Source: Candidatus Uhrbacteria bacterium (GTDB taxonomy: Bacteria; Patescibacteriota; Patescibacteriia; UBA9934). From it: DNA of 64,000 nucleotides. The stretch lies in NCBI GenBank assembly GCA_018664485.1, contig JABJOE010000007.1, forward strand, positions 68,353 to 132,352, written 5' to 3'. Shown here piece by piece: positions 29,900 to 41,700 of the stretch. Within the stretch, counting starts at the first letter, position 1; every line of letters starts with the position of its first letter. The position numbers and the translations under genes were made by a program. The notes below the pieces were generated by a model that had not been told where the DNA came from, ran no database searches, and was given only the letters and a program-made list of their open reading frames with translations.

Positions 29900-30829
29900 T
29901 CAACTTTCTAAATCTCGGAACCACTTATACGTTTTCGCCAAACCTTCTTCAAAAGTTGTCATCGGCTCCCAGCCAAGAATATCCTTTGCACTATTTGGAG
30001 CTAGAACGCTGTGTTGCACTTCACCGGTACGAAAGGGAGCAAAATTTGGCTCCTGTTTTTTACCATGTACATCCTGAACCATATTCCACAACTCCAGAAC
30101 TGATACTTCCCTTCCGGTTGAAACATTCACCGCAGCACTCACGTCGCTTTCAAGAGCACGTACAAAAGCATCCACCGCATCGTGAACGAAAAGATAATCA
30201 CGAGTCATCGATCCATCTCCAAAAATAGTAACGGGATCACCGGACAAAATTTTATCTAGAAAGATCGGCACAACACCCCCCTCTCCACCGGAAAGCTGCT
30301 GGCGTGGTCCGTAAATATTTGCAAAACGAAGTGACACACCTTGCATTCCGTGAGCTTTGCTATATAGCTCAAGATAATGCTCCATAGCCTGCTTCCCGAT
30401 GCCATAGGGAGAGATTGGCTGTGCGTTCATGATCTCAGGAGTTGGATGAATGCCGTGGTCTCCATAGATTGCACCACCACTGGATGAAAAAACAATCTTA
30501 TTACATCCATGACGTCTCGCCATATCAAGAAGCGCGATAGCGTCAACAATATTTGTCTGAGCATCGGCAACTGGATCCTCTATAGATTTTGTAACACTGA
30601 TCTGTGCTGCAAGATGGCACACTGCATCAGGCTTTTCCTTTTTAAAAACCGCTTCCATCGCTGCCTCATCTGCAAACCCTACTTTATGAGTAGTGGCTGC
30701 AGCATTTGGAAAGCGTCTCTTTTCTCGCTTATGATGATCAATAACAATAACCTCGTGGCCGTCATCAATTAGACGATCAACTAAGTGAGATCCAATGAAT
30801 CCCGCCCCACCAGTAACGAGGACCTTCAT
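29900..30829 (-). CDS. NAD-dependent epimerase/dehydratase (GalE-like)
   Basis: VTGGAGFIGSH, HLAAQ, SSGGAIYG, PYGIGK, NIYGPRQ. Confidence 0.92.
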   Translation of the reverse strand: MKVLVTGGAGFIGSHLVDRLIDDGHEVIVIDHHKREKRRFPNAAATTHKVGFADEAAMEAVFKKEKPDAVCHLAAQISVTKSIEDPVADAQTNIVDAIALLDMARRHGCNKIVFSSSGGAIYGDHGIHPTPEIMNAQPISPYGIGKQAMEHYLELYSKAHGMQGVSLRFANIYGPRQQLSGGEGGVVPIFLDKILSGDPVTIFGDGSMTRDYLFVHDAVDAFVRALESDVSAAVNVSTGREVSVLELWNMVQDVHGKKQEPNFAPFRTGEVQHSVLAPNSAKDILGWEPMTTFEEGLAKTYKWFRDLES

Positions 30830-30831
30830 AG

Positions 30832-31755
30832 CTACAAATTTTCTCGATACCAAGCAACTGTATTTGCGACTCCCTCAGAAAGCGGAACAGCCGGAGCCCA
30901 CCCGAGAACCTCTTTTGCTTTTGCATTCTTTAAAGCGACACGTTTGAGCATATCCTGCACCTCTTCGTTTGTGTCCGGGAAAGACTGTACTCCAACCTCG
31001 GCACGCACGAGCTCGAACAGCTCCTGAGTAGTTGTCTCAATGCCAGTACCAATATTTAAAACTCCTACGTAATCAGAGTCAGCTGCCGCAAGCAACGCTT
31101 CGATAACATCGTCGACATAAATATAGTCACGCGTAGTTTTTCCATCATTATTAATGAAAGGTGTTTCTCCCTGTAATAGCTTTGCTGTAAAAATTCCAAT
31201 CGCTCCAGATTCAGCGCTACTATCTTGGCGAGGCCCGTAAACATTCCCTAAACGCAATGCAGTGAACGGCACACCGTGAACCTCTTTATAGAAATGTAGG
31301 TACCTCTCTCCTGTTAACTTCGATACAGCGTATGGAGTTGTCGGTGATGGCACCATGCTTTCGGAGATTGGCAACTGAGACTGCGCACCATATGTAACAC
31401 CGGTAGAAGTGAAAATGATTTTTCCGTTACCGTGGCCACGCATCCCTTCAAAAATATTCAATGATCCCAAGATATTGTCTTGAGCATTTTGCACCGGATT
31501 CTCGACTGACTCACGATCAAAGATATGTGCCGCCAAATGAAACACAACATCAGGCTTTTCTTTTTTGAAAATAGCAACAACATCCGAATCACGAATATCA
31601 ATCTTTTTGTAAACAGCTTTTTTGTTTTTGATCTTCCGCGGTGGCCTCACCTTATCGATAACAACAACGCGCTTGGCCTGCTCGACCAATCGATCAACGA
31701 GATGCGATCCGATAAAACCAGATCCGCCTGTAACGATTACTGTTCCATATTTCAT
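30832..31755 (-). CDS. NAD-dependent epimerase/dehydratase (GalE-like), tandem paralog
   Basis: VTGGSGFIGSH, HLAA, PYAVSK, NVYGPRQ, RDYIYV. Confidence 0.92.
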   Translation of the reverse strand: MKYGTVIVTGGSGFIGSHLVDRLVEQAKRVVVIDKVRPPRKIKNKKAVYKKIDIRDSDVVAIFKKEKPDVVFHLAAHIFDRESVENPVQNAQDNILGSLNIFEGMRGHGNGKIIFTSTGVTYGAQSQLPISESMVPSPTTPYAVSKLTGERYLHFYKEVHGVPFTALRLGNVYGPRQDSSAESGAIGIFTAKLLQGETPFINNDGKTTRDYIYVDDVIEALLAAADSDYVGVLNIGTGIETTTQELFELVRAEVGVQSFPDTNEEVQDMLKRVALKNAKAKEVLGWAPAVPLSEGVANTVAWYRENL

Positions 31756-31782
31756 AACGTGCATAATCTACCAAAATTAGCG

Positions 31783-32901
31783 TTATTTTTCAACCCTTTG
31801 AGCCTCAAGCTGATGACGGAGATATGCCTCTAAAAATGCGTCTAATTCACCTCCCAAAACAGCGTCAACGTTCTGCGTCTCCTCCCCCGTTCGATGATCC
31901 TTCACCATCTTGTAGGGATGTAGTACGTAACTCCGAATTTGGTTACCCCACTCAGGCGCTTTATGACCACCCTTGAGGTCTGCGATATGCTCTGCACGCT
32001 CATCGAGCATTCTTTGAAATAGCCTGGACTTTAGCACGCGCATGGCCGTTTCTTTATTCTGACGCTGAGATCTTTCATTCTGACAGCTCGCCACAAAGCC
32101 TGTTGGAATATGTGTGATTCGAATTGCCGAGTATGTGGTGTTTACAGACTGACCACCTTTTCCAGATGACAAAAATGTATCTATGCGAAGGTCCTTCTGA
32201 TCGATCTCTATCTCTTTCCCTGTCAGATCATCAAGCTCTGGGATAACCTCGACTAAAGCGAACGCCGTGTGACGCATTTTCTCCGCATCAAACGGTGAGA
32301 TACGAACCAAACGATGAACACCTGCCTCTGCCTTTAGATACCCGTACGCAAAACGTCCTCGGACCGCAAACATTACACGCTTATACCCAGCTTCTTCGCC
32401 ACGCGACTCCTCCAAAACTTCCAAAGTCCACCCTCGAGCTTCAACGAGTCGCGCGTACATACGAAATATCATTGCAGCCCAGTCCATAGCATCCGTACCT
32501 CCGGCTCCAGCATGGATCGACATGATCACATTACTTACGTCCATCTTGTCTGAGAGCAATGTTTGCAATTCCATCTTTTGGTAACGATCGCTCAACGCCG
32601 CGACCTGCTCATCTACCTCTTTTAAAACTGATGCGTTTTTTTCCTCGTTCGCCAGTGCGTGTAAATCTTGGGTGTCTATTATATTTTTCCGTATTACATC
32701 CCATTGCTCATACTGCCCTTTGAGATCTGCAGACTTTTGTGAGACTTCACGAGCATTATCCTGATCATTCCAAAAATCCTGCTGACCCATCATTACTTCT
32801 ATCTCTTTTATTTGATCTGCAACATCGTCCAACTTCAACAACTCCCAGGCGCCATTAACCTTGGATAACAGTTCATCGAGTTGTGATGCAATTGAGCTCA
32901 T
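31783..32901 (-). CDS. prfB: Peptide chain release factor 2
   Basis: GVHRLVRISPFD (SPF motif), GGQ, QNERSQ, WGNQIRSYV; continuous frame. Confidence 0.97.
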   Translation of the reverse strand: MSSIASQLDELLSKVNGAWELLKLDDVADQIKEIEVMMGQQDFWNDQDNAREVSQKSADLKGQYEQWDVIRKNIIDTQDLHALANEEKNASVLKEVDEQVAALSDRYQKMELQTLLSDKMDVSNVIMSIHAGAGGTDAMDWAAMIFRMYARLVEARGWTLEVLEESRGEEAGYKRVMFAVRGRFAYGYLKAEAGVHRLVRISPFDAEKMRHTAFALVEVIPELDDLTGKEIEIDQKDLRIDTFLSSGKGGQSVNTTYSAIRITHIPTGFVASCQNERSQRQNKETAMRVLKSRLFQRMLDERAEHIADLKGGHKAPEWGNQIRSYVLHPYKMVKDHRTGEETQNVDAVLGGELDAFLEAYLRHQLEAQRVEK

Positions 32902-32998
32902 GCACTTATAATTTTAATTCTCTTTGAAACGAAAAACAAGCTTTGTTAAGCCTGCTTTTCGGAAGTTGCTACAGACATACCGCAACAACTCCCACTAA

Positions 32999-33331
32999 TC
33001 AGATTTTCAACTTTTTTGCGTAGCTTCCCAAAAGTGGCATCACCCATTTCTTTCCGCCAAGTGCGTTTATAAATCCCATGATAGCCATAACTACCACGAA
33101 TAAATACATCGCGATGTTCGCAAGCCATCCAATAATTGGAATAAATACGAAAATAGTTGCAATGATCATCACTGCTACCTCTGCGATAAATAGTACAAGC
33201 CCCTGCTTTGCATGGAACTGAACATACGGAGAGTTCTTTGAAAGTAGCAATGGAACAAAGCAGAGCACAAACACGTAAGAAAGCGCTGCCATTACGTTAT
33301 TATCTTTTTGTTCTTGCGTTGGTTGAGCCAT
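32999..33331 (-). CDS. DUF4870-type membrane protein
   Basis: AALSY..VQFHAKQGLVLF..IPIIGWL..MPLLG. Confidence 0.8.
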   Translation of the reverse strand: MAQPTQEQKDNNVMAALSYVFVLCFVPLLLSKNSPYVQFHAKQGLVLFIAEVAVMIIATIFVFIPIIGWLANIAMYLFVVVMAIMGFINALGGKKWVMPLLGSYAKKLKI

Positions 33332-33489
33332 AAAATAATTGAATTTAGTAGCTTGTAGTTAGTGGTTGAGGTAGAGCGACTTAGCAACTTAACTACTAAG
33401 TGACTCAATTGACTTGAGTATAGCCTATAGCTAAGCGACGGTAAACAGAAAAGAGCTCGATATAACGAACCCTTTTCGCTTTAATTAGA

Positions 33490-33786
33490 TCAGTTGCCTG
33501 AAGATATCTTTTTAATGTTCTTGCTATCAATCTTTTCAATCACTTCACCGGTCATCTTTGCCAATGCCGACATACCCTTTTGTGTCATGAAGATTCTCGA
33601 CACCAAAGTCTGCTCAATAGAACCGTCTCTGCGTGGCATCTTTGTGAAAAACTCTATAGCAAAATTATCACCATTGAACTGAACTGAAAACGTATCTGCA
33701 AAACGTCCACGAAGCTCATCATCATTACGATTGATAATCAACTTCTTCTTTGGAGACGGTTGCGACATAAACTCACTTGGCTTCAT
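33490..33786 (-). CDS. Small hypothetical protein (DUF3467-like)
   Basis: ELRGRFAD..F..EFF..LVSRIFMT pattern; follows groEL. Confidence 0.55.
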   Translation of the reverse strand: MKPSEFMSQPSPKKKLIINRNDDELRGRFADTFSVQFNGDNFAIEFFTKMPRRDGSIEQTLVSRIFMTQKGMSALAKMTGEVIEKIDSKNIKKISSGN

Positions 33787-33815
33787 ATACGAATGTTATT
33801 ACAGAAATCCTTAAA

Positions 33816-35468
<1,653 letters not shown>

Positions 35469-35497
35469 TTATATATTCAAGTAAACAAGACTCGCCA

Positions 35498-35658
35498 GAT
35501 CGTAAGGTTGTGATATCTTCTGAGATCATGTTCCAGGTAATGCAGCCGAGATTTGTGATAGTCGAGGAGGCATAGCAGCGCTACGCAGACGAGACTAGAG
35601 CACATCGCAGGCGCATGAATGGATCATGAGGCCAGTAGAATATTACAGCCTTACGATC
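35498..35658. repeat. Long palindromic element between groES and groEL
   Basis: Arms gatcgtaaggttgtgatat/atattacagccttacgatc; core agtcgaggaggcatag-cagcg-ctacgcagacgagact. Confidence 0.8.
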
Positions 35659-35944
35659 CTACTATTGCGATTACGTCTTCCGCTTTAATAACTAGAAACT
35701 TCTCGCCGTTGATTTCAAACTCGTCTGGTGAGTACTTTTTAAATAAAACCTTCTGCCCAGGTTTAAATTCCATTTCCATTCGCTTGCCACTCTCAAGCAT
35801 TTTTCCTGGTCCAACTGACAGAACCTCTGCCTGCTCTGGTCGATCTTTGTCTACGGTATCAGGAATAATAATCCCGGATGCTGTCGTGGTCTCCTTGTCC
35901 ATCGGCTTAAGCACGATGTGGTCTGAAACAGGTTTTAGGTTCAT
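35651..35944 (-). CDS. groS: Co-chaperonin GroES
   Basis: LKPVSDHI, TASGIIIPD, VGPG, EDVIAIV. Confidence 0.97.
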   Translation of the reverse strand: MNLKPVSDHIVLKPMDKETTTASGIIIPDTVDKDRPEQAEVLSVGPGKMLESGKRMEMEFKPGQKVLFKKYSPDEFEINGEKFLVIKAEDVIAIVGS

Positions 35945-35994
35945 AGAGAAAGGTTATTTATTCATTTCTTGTATCGCGGATAACCCTAACAAAA

Positions 35995-36021
35995 TTAGCA
36001 CTCTCATGCAAACTCTGCTAA
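35995..36021 (-). promoter_or_regulatory. CIRCE element (HrcA operator)
   Basis: TTAGCACTC-N9-ctcTGCTAA upstream of groES; one perfect arm. Confidence 0.8.
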
Positions 36022-36089
36022 TTGCCTGCCTTTTGGGGTTGACATAGCGCCGTTTTCTTGGTAGTCTCCCCTGTCTAACGACCAGGACA

Positions 36090-36464
36090 ATGACGTTCTG
36101 CCACATCCTTGGAGACACCGTGGATACTCACAGAATGATCAGTAACGTCACGCCGCTGTTCAGGTCACAAGACTCGCTCCGCGCGTCAAACCGACGCGCG
36201 GGACCAAGCATCATGTTCAGCTACAATGATTACGATGGGGGAACACATTTAGAGCGTGGAGAAAGCAGCCCCCTCATCTCCTACGACGCCACCCGCAACA
36301 ACGCGATGATCACGATGGAAGTTTCGATCACTCAACAGAGGTCCGGTACCCTGGCTCTGATTGAGTACATGGATATTCAGGGCTTTGAACTCGTGACCCT
36401 GTGTCCGACCCCTGAACGTAACCTCATCAGCATCTTTGCTGTCTTTCGCAAGAAGGCCGTCTGA
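36090..36464 (+). CDS. Orphan hypothetical protein
   Basis: TTGACA-N17-TAGTCT at 36039-36067; AGGA SD; hairpin 36464-36515. Confidence 0.65.
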   Translation: MTFCHILGDTVDTHRMISNVTPLFRSQDSLRASNRRAGPSIMFSYNDYDGGTHLERGESSPLISYDATRNNAMITMEVSITQQRSGTLALIEYMDIQGFELVTLCPTPERNLISIFAVFRKKAV

Positions 36465-36662
36465 GCGCATCCGGACACCGTTGCATATACGCAGCGTGCT
36501 CGTCTCTGGGTGCGCTGTTGTTATTTGTTTGATATTTTTTTCTTGGATATTTGGTTTTTTTCGCATATTTAAGCTTCCTATGGTTGACATTATTGCCGTT
36601 TTGCTACATGGTTGGAGCGTCTTGGACTTCCATGACCTCGCAACAACAGACACGGATAGCCC

Positions 36663-37052
36663 ATGCGCGAACCCTCAACAGAACATTCAGGCGGAGTCGG
36701 CGCTGCCGGACAGCAAAGCCCGCCACCGCAAGTCTTCCCACGATTCCTCTACTACCGCCTTCCACCTGAGATGACCGAACTCGCTGCAAAAACGGTCACG
36801 ACCCTTCGAAACGTGTTCGGCGGGATCCCTCATGCGGACCTTGAGCTCCATCCGAGCAACAGCGCTGCCAGCGGTCTGAGCCCTGGGATCTGCGAGATCA
36901 GCCCGGTCTTCGTCATCTTGCGCGTACGGAATGCCGCCAAGAAACCCGACGATATTTCGATCAATGGCCTTCGGTGCGCCCTGGTCCAAACCGGACGCGA
37001 GGGTATGCCTGGCACAGACGTCACGGTCTTCCCCGAAGAACTCACACACTAG
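36663..37052 (+). CDS. Orphan hypothetical protein (start uncertain)
   Basis: TTGACA-N17-CATGGT at 36584-36612; GC-rich; hairpin 37072-37112. Confidence 0.55.
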   Translation: MREPSTEHSGGVGAAGQQSPPPQVFPRFLYYRLPPEMTELAAKTVTTLRNVFGGIPHADLELHPSNSAASGLSPGICEISPVFVILRVRNAAKKPDDISINGLRCALVQTGREGMPGTDVTVFPEELTH

Positions 37053-37071
37053 GGCTACGGCCCACACAACG

Positions 37072-37544
37072 TCTCAACCCCGCGCCGATCTAATCGGTGC
37101 GGGGTTTCGTGCATTGACAAAGTGGCCGCTTTCTGGCATACTTGCGCTCGTCTAGAAATCTAGAATCAACCCGAACTCCGAGAGTGCTCATGTATCAATT
37201 CCCCAATTTCCGCTTCGGACAGCAGTTGCTGTGCGGACTTTACAAGGCAGCCCGCCGAGTCAATCTCAAAGGAGGCATGGACCTCGGCGCAGCAACCTTC
37301 AAAATGCTAGGAGCGATGATCGCCGACAGCAACATCGGTGAAGAACTCATCTTCGACATGCTCTCGAAGCACATCGACGAAGCAGGTTCACAGAATTGGG
37401 CCACACTCTCTGCAACGCTTCTCAAACACCGCGGCCTCAACCAGACCTGGCAGAATGCCGGTCCACCAACACCATGTCCCGTCCACGTATAGGCACTATC
37501 GCCATCTCAATCCCGCGCCGACTGATCGGTGCGGGGTTTCGTGC
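37072..37544 (+). repeat. Near-identical hairpins at 37072-37112 and 37505-37544 flanking one ORF
   Basis: tctcaa(c/t)cccgcgccga...atcggtgcggggtttcgtgc twice. Confidence 0.9.
37190..37492 (+). CDS. Orphan hypothetical protein
   Basis: TTGACA-N17-CATACT at 37114-37142; ATG 37190. Confidence 0.65.
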   Translation: MYQFPNFRFGQQLLCGLYKAARRVNLKGGMDLGAATFKMLGAMIADSNIGEELIFDMLSKHIDEAGSQNWATLSATLLKHRGLNQTWQNAGPPTPCPVHV

Positions 37545-37555
37545 GTCTGGCGTTA

Positions 37556-38809
37556 CTAGCCCTGTGAATTTATACGTGTAACGACTGCAGCACTTAATGC
37601 GACGAGTGCAATCCCGGGCCACAGAGTCCAAAGATAGTGATCAAACAAACTAATTATAAAAAGTGGAGTAAGTCCGATGCATAAAAGCCATATGCGATGA
37701 CGATGAATGCGTAGCACCGACACAAGTCCACCAAAAACAAAAACCAAACTTACAATTCCGAGTTCTCCCACCATCAACGCCCAAACATTATGTACCGGTT
37801 GATACTCCCACCACTCATTCCCTGGATTAATTTCTGCAATCGCCAAAGTATAGTTATTCAAACCGACTCCTAAAAGTGGCCGCTCAAAAATCAGTTCACC
37901 AAAAGTTTCATACTGTTCAACTCGCTCAGTTATAGATCGCGACTCAACAAGATTATCAAACGAAAACCGACTAGCGATAAGAGGACTTAAAAGAACAATC
38001 ACGATAATTATTATTGCAGTTGCCAAACGAGCCCCGCGATCAAGAGCAAGCCACGCCCGCAATCCATGCACCTTCGCAGTAAGCGATCTAGCTACAATCA
38101 AAAACAGTGCGAGCGCAAAACCTATCCATGCAGAGCGAGAGAACGTAATAACCAATCCAACGAACAATAATAGTCCCAACGGAATTAGCAATCTTCGAAT
38201 ATTCTGTGCAGCGCCTTTATAAAGCCACAGTACCCCGAGGAGCCCCATCGCTAAATATCCACCAAATATATTCGGATGAGGGAGGGATCCATACGCTCGG
38301 AGCATCCTCTCGCCGCCGACAACCAACACAGCATCTCCTAACGCCTGCGCATCACGCGTAGCCATACCAAGTAGAGTAGATGCTCCTGACCCTCCGCCTA
38401 CAACCTGCCACAATCCAATCAACGTCGGGATGATAAGCCCCAAAACAAATCCCCACACTATATTCCGCGCCGATACACGATCATCAAAAGCTAGTACAAA
38501 AATAGAAATAGCAGCGACCAAGTGAACGATATGCGCAAAAACCAAATCATCATTAATCGCCCATAAGCTACTAATAACACCAAGCGCCACGAGAAGTAGT
38601 GCTAAGCGGACCGGTCCTGTAGCACGACTAGTTTTTTGTTTGTACATCAAAAAGAGGCCGGCTATTGCTAGGACCTCAATAACATACAAACTCATCACGC
38701 CCAGCTGGAACGCCTCACCAGCAATCAACTCCTGACCATAAATCCACCGCGTTTGCCACGGCAGTAAAAAAGCAATCACCGGTAGAAAATAGGCTCTTAA
38801 TCTTTGCAT
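37556..38809 (-). CDS. O-antigen ligase-family membrane protein
   Basis: RAYGSLPHPNIFGG, TFSRSAW, PLLGVG, PVHNVW..ELG. Confidence 0.9.
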   Translation of the reverse strand: MQRLRAYFLPVIAFLLPWQTRWIYGQELIAGEAFQLGVMSLYVIEVLAIAGLFLMYKQKTSRATGPVRLALLLVALGVISSLWAINDDLVFAHIVHLVAAISIFVLAFDDRVSARNIVWGFVLGLIIPTLIGLWQVVGGGSGASTLLGMATRDAQALGDAVLVVGGERMLRAYGSLPHPNIFGGYLAMGLLGVLWLYKGAAQNIRRLLIPLGLLLFVGLVITFSRSAWIGFALALFLIVARSLTAKVHGLRAWLALDRGARLATAIIIIVIVLLSPLIASRFSFDNLVESRSITERVEQYETFGELIFERPLLGVGLNNYTLAIAEINPGNEWWEYQPVHNVWALMVGELGIVSLVFVFGGLVSVLRIHRHRIWLLCIGLTPLFIISLFDHYLWTLWPGIALVALSAAVVTRINSQG

Positions 38810-39702
38810 ACCTGCATCTGAGCATTAAATGCTTGCGCGATTTCTTCTCTCCGATCTGTCCGATGGAATTTTAACATCCGATTATTAATAACTACTCTCG
38901 AATCAGTGTTCGCTGCATCACGCAGGTCCTGTGGAAGACGACCCTCCTGTATCCGTCTTGCAAATGACTCAGACAATCCTGGTAACCGTGCCTTAACATT
39001 GCGTCGTCGATAACGGAATGATCGTACTGGCGGCTTAGCATTTGGAAGCTTTGCAAAAGCCCATGAATTTTCATCGAAAAATCTATCCCACAATTCCCGC
39101 TCACCTAGAACTGGTGTGAGAGTTGCAATCCAAAAAGCAAAATATGGGTCATCAGTCTTTTGAAGGGAAAACAAATCCATCGCGTCCTCACTTACAAAAA
39201 AACTCAAATCAATTGGGTGATGATCAGTCTCCCCTGGCCGTTGCTTGAGCGCCATAAGTGGTGCCACACTCAACAGTCTTGTAGACCACACGGCACCTTG
39301 GTCGGTAATCACAAACAAATCAATATCACTTTGTGAACGCGTAAAATGAAACGGCATCGAATTACACAACGCTACCCCACGCACACCCGGAACGCGTCGC
39401 AAAAAAGTGAGTACGCGCGCAAGCTTACGTTCCTTCTCTATAGCGTCAAGATAACGCACATGCCGCTCCACTGTCTGAGTCTCCGCATCTTGCTTGGACC
39501 CAATCGAGTACATTCCGTTTATACTACTCACCCGCTCATTGAGCCACTTGGAATTATCGAGCGTATCTTCGATCTGATTAAACGAAATATTGGTTTCGGG
39601 TTCAAACTGCCACTTCCATATCTCAAAAGCAGTTAACGGATAGCCAAAATAAGAAAAATAAGCCAATGGCTTGTAAACCTCTGTTTCGATCATCGTAGGC
39701 AT
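38797..39702 (-). CDS. Nucleotidyltransferase-domain protein, CPR-type
   Basis: YFSYFGYPLT, SDIDLFVIT, MLKFH..DRR. Confidence 0.7.
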   Translation of the reverse strand: MPTMIETEVYKPLAYFSYFGYPLTAFEIWKWQFEPETNISFNQIEDTLDNSKWLNERVSSINGMYSIGSKQDAETQTVERHVRYLDAIEKERKLARVLTFLRRVPGVRGVALCNSMPFHFTRSQSDIDLFVITDQGAVWSTRLLSVAPLMALKQRPGETDHHPIDLSFFVSEDAMDLFSLQKTDDPYFAFWIATLTPVLGERELWDRFFDENSWAFAKLPNAKPPVRSFRYRRRNVKARLPGLSESFARRIQEGRLPQDLRDAANTDSRVVINNRMLKFHRTDRREEIAQAFNAQMQVCKD

Positions 39703-39711
39703 ACTTCGATC

Positions 39712-40737
39712 TTACCGCTTCTTCTTCTTTCCGACCAGAAGTTCACGTAGCCAACCCCCTCCTTGGCGAACGGCATGGATAGAACCGATTGTAATAAAAA
39801 TGGAATCACGCAGACGGATGATGAGCGCGAAAGCGACAGCTGCAAGTGGCACTCCCAACACACCGAATACAGTTGCAAACCCTCCTTCAAATACACCAAC
39901 GCCCGCAGGTACCGGAAGTAGTAGTGCAATGCCCGGGAGCGTAGCTATCAAAAATGCTTGAGCAAAAGATAAAGTAATACCAAAGAAAAACGCGATGTAA
40001 AACGCCTCAACTACGCGAAATGCGATAACGACAAACGCCAGAAGGCTGACTCCCAAAAGCAATCGACTCCGACCCTTCACAAATGTATGCATCATCTGTT
40101 CCGTTTCAATAAACCAACTAGTCAGACCATCTAATCGCTTCACACGATCAATCCGCGTCGTGCGAACAAGCTTCTTTACAATGTACGATCCTTTAGCAAG
40201 AGCGATTAAAATTGAAAATAGCGCCACCAAAGCCAGAGCGAGTCCAACACCTATCCATATAAGTGAACCGTCACCGTCAACGCCTGTTACAATCGCGAGG
40301 ATAACGCCGGCAACAATAAACGTAATGTACGCGATCATCTCAATGGTGATGTCCAAGGCAACGGCACTCGTAGCCTTCTTTGCCGGAACCCCATCACTCA
40401 TCAGCATTCCAATTCGTACCGGTTCCCCGCCGACTTGTGCAGCTGGAGTAAGGTAGCTAACCGCAAACCCAGCCATTCGATGTAGATATACTCTACCAAG
40501 CGATAGCCGTTCTTTTTTTGGAATATGCGCGTTAACAATAAGTTGCCAACGCCAGCTATATAAAACAAAATTAAACAAAGATAGTGCTACAAAACCAACG
40601 AAAGGCCATGGTCCGAATTCGATGAGAGAGTCGGCAATAGATTCCCATCCCTCTTTATAAATCAAATATCCAAGAACTCCCGCTCCAAGTAGCAATGACC
40701 CTACAAAAATAACTCCCTTAACAATACGTCGCTTCAT
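39712..40737 (-). CDS. Lysylphosphatidylglycerol synthase TM-region / flippase-like protein
   Basis: WRWQLI, YLTPAAQVGGEPVR, PAGVGVFE; polytopic. Confidence 0.88.
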   Translation of the reverse strand: MKRRIVKGVIFVGSLLLGAGVLGYLIYKEGWESIADSLIEFGPWPFVGFVALSLFNFVLYSWRWQLIVNAHIPKKERLSLGRVYLHRMAGFAVSYLTPAAQVGGEPVRIGMLMSDGVPAKKATSAVALDITIEMIAYITFIVAGVILAIVTGVDGDGSLIWIGVGLALALVALFSILIALAKGSYIVKKLVRTTRIDRVKRLDGLTSWFIETEQMMHTFVKGRSRLLLGVSLLAFVVIAFRVVEAFYIAFFFGITLSFAQAFLIATLPGIALLLPVPAGVGVFEGGFATVFGVLGVPLAAVAFALIIRLRDSIFITIGSIHAVRQGGGWLRELLVGKKKKR

Positions 40738-40804
40738 ATAGAAGTATTGTAACTCGGGAACGCTTTGTGTTCCAGATCTTATTAAGTACCCAGAACCAAA
40801 TAGG

Positions 40805-41695
40805 AAAGAACAAACCCCGCACGCGGCAAGGTTTGCCAATGCGGGGTCGAGAGCTGCCTACTTCGACAGGTCAAACTCATCATCTACGGTTCCGCCGCGC
40901 CCTTTGTACGCCTCGGGACTAAGTGGTATTCGCGTCATTACCGTTGGTGAGTTTGTCTGAATCCAGACATCAAGTTCCCTGTCCCCGAATCGAATTGCGA
41001 ACACGACCCGATGGCCATGATTACAAAGACCGGGAAGTCTACCCAGCCCGATCGCGTTTTCAGCAAGCTGTGTCCCACGTGAACGGTACGGTATTCCGGT
41101 GTCAGGAGCGTTTCGCACAGTGAACATCGCCGGACGCTGTCCTTCTTCGGTATGCTCCACGACCATGCCGTTAGGCTTAATCCTGAACGGCTCTCTAGAT
41201 GCGATTATGACAATGACCCAGCCATCATCTGTATCGCCCTTTCCAGATACCCAAGCCACTTTTTGTGCAAGGGCCCAATGAGTCAGTGTCGAGAGAAAGT
41301 TCAGCTCCGCGACTACGTAGCTATAGAGAGCTTCTTTGTCACTCGTCATCTCCCTCAAGGATCGATGCGCATCCTCCAGCAACTGTCTCGTTTCGGAGGC
41401 GTCATATAGAGAGGGCATCTCTATTCTTTTTCCCTCCAGCCGATACCTCAGCAAAGCAACAGCAAGCCTCACGGCTGCAAGTACTACTACCGAAGAGGCA
41501 ATAGTGATCACCGCGGTTGGCATATACGCCACTATGACAGCTAGTTCATCAGTCACGGGACCTCCAATTGAACTTGAGTTTAGATGAAAGGAACGTTGCA
41601 ATCTAGCACAGAAGAGTGTCCGCGTCAACTATATAAGCCTAAAAAGAACAAACCCCGCACGCGGCAAGGTTTGCCAATGCGGGGTCGAGAGCTGC
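40805..41695 (-). repeat. Exact 53-bp direct repeat (40805-40857, 41643-41695) containing a hairpin
   Basis: aaagaacaaaccccgcacgcggcaaggtttgccaatgcggggtcgagagctgc twice. Confidence 0.97.
40858..41556 (-). CDS. Orphan N-terminal-TM protein
   Basis: GGAGG SD before GTG 41556; TTGACG-N17-TAGATT at 41628-41600. Confidence 0.75.
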   Translation of the reverse strand: MTDELAVIVAYMPTAVITIASSVVVLAAVRLAVALLRYRLEGKRIEMPSLYDASETRQLLEDAHRSLREMTSDKEALYSYVVAELNFLSTLTHWALAQKVAWVSGKGDTDDGWVIVIIASREPFRIKPNGMVVEHTEEGQRPAMFTVRNAPDTGIPYRSRGTQLAENAIGLGRLPGLCNHGHRVVFAIRFGDRELDVWIQTNSPTVMTRIPLSPEAYKGRGGTVDDEFDLSK

Positions 41696-41700
41696 GCGAC

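Noticed and set aside
33340-33420. Short periodic tagt-type repeats (also near 18415-18520)
   Set aside because: Too degenerate to define a unit without computation.
37072-41695. Integron attC sites
   Set aside because: No RYYYAAC/GTTRRRY boxes, no integrase, and the genes have their own promoters.
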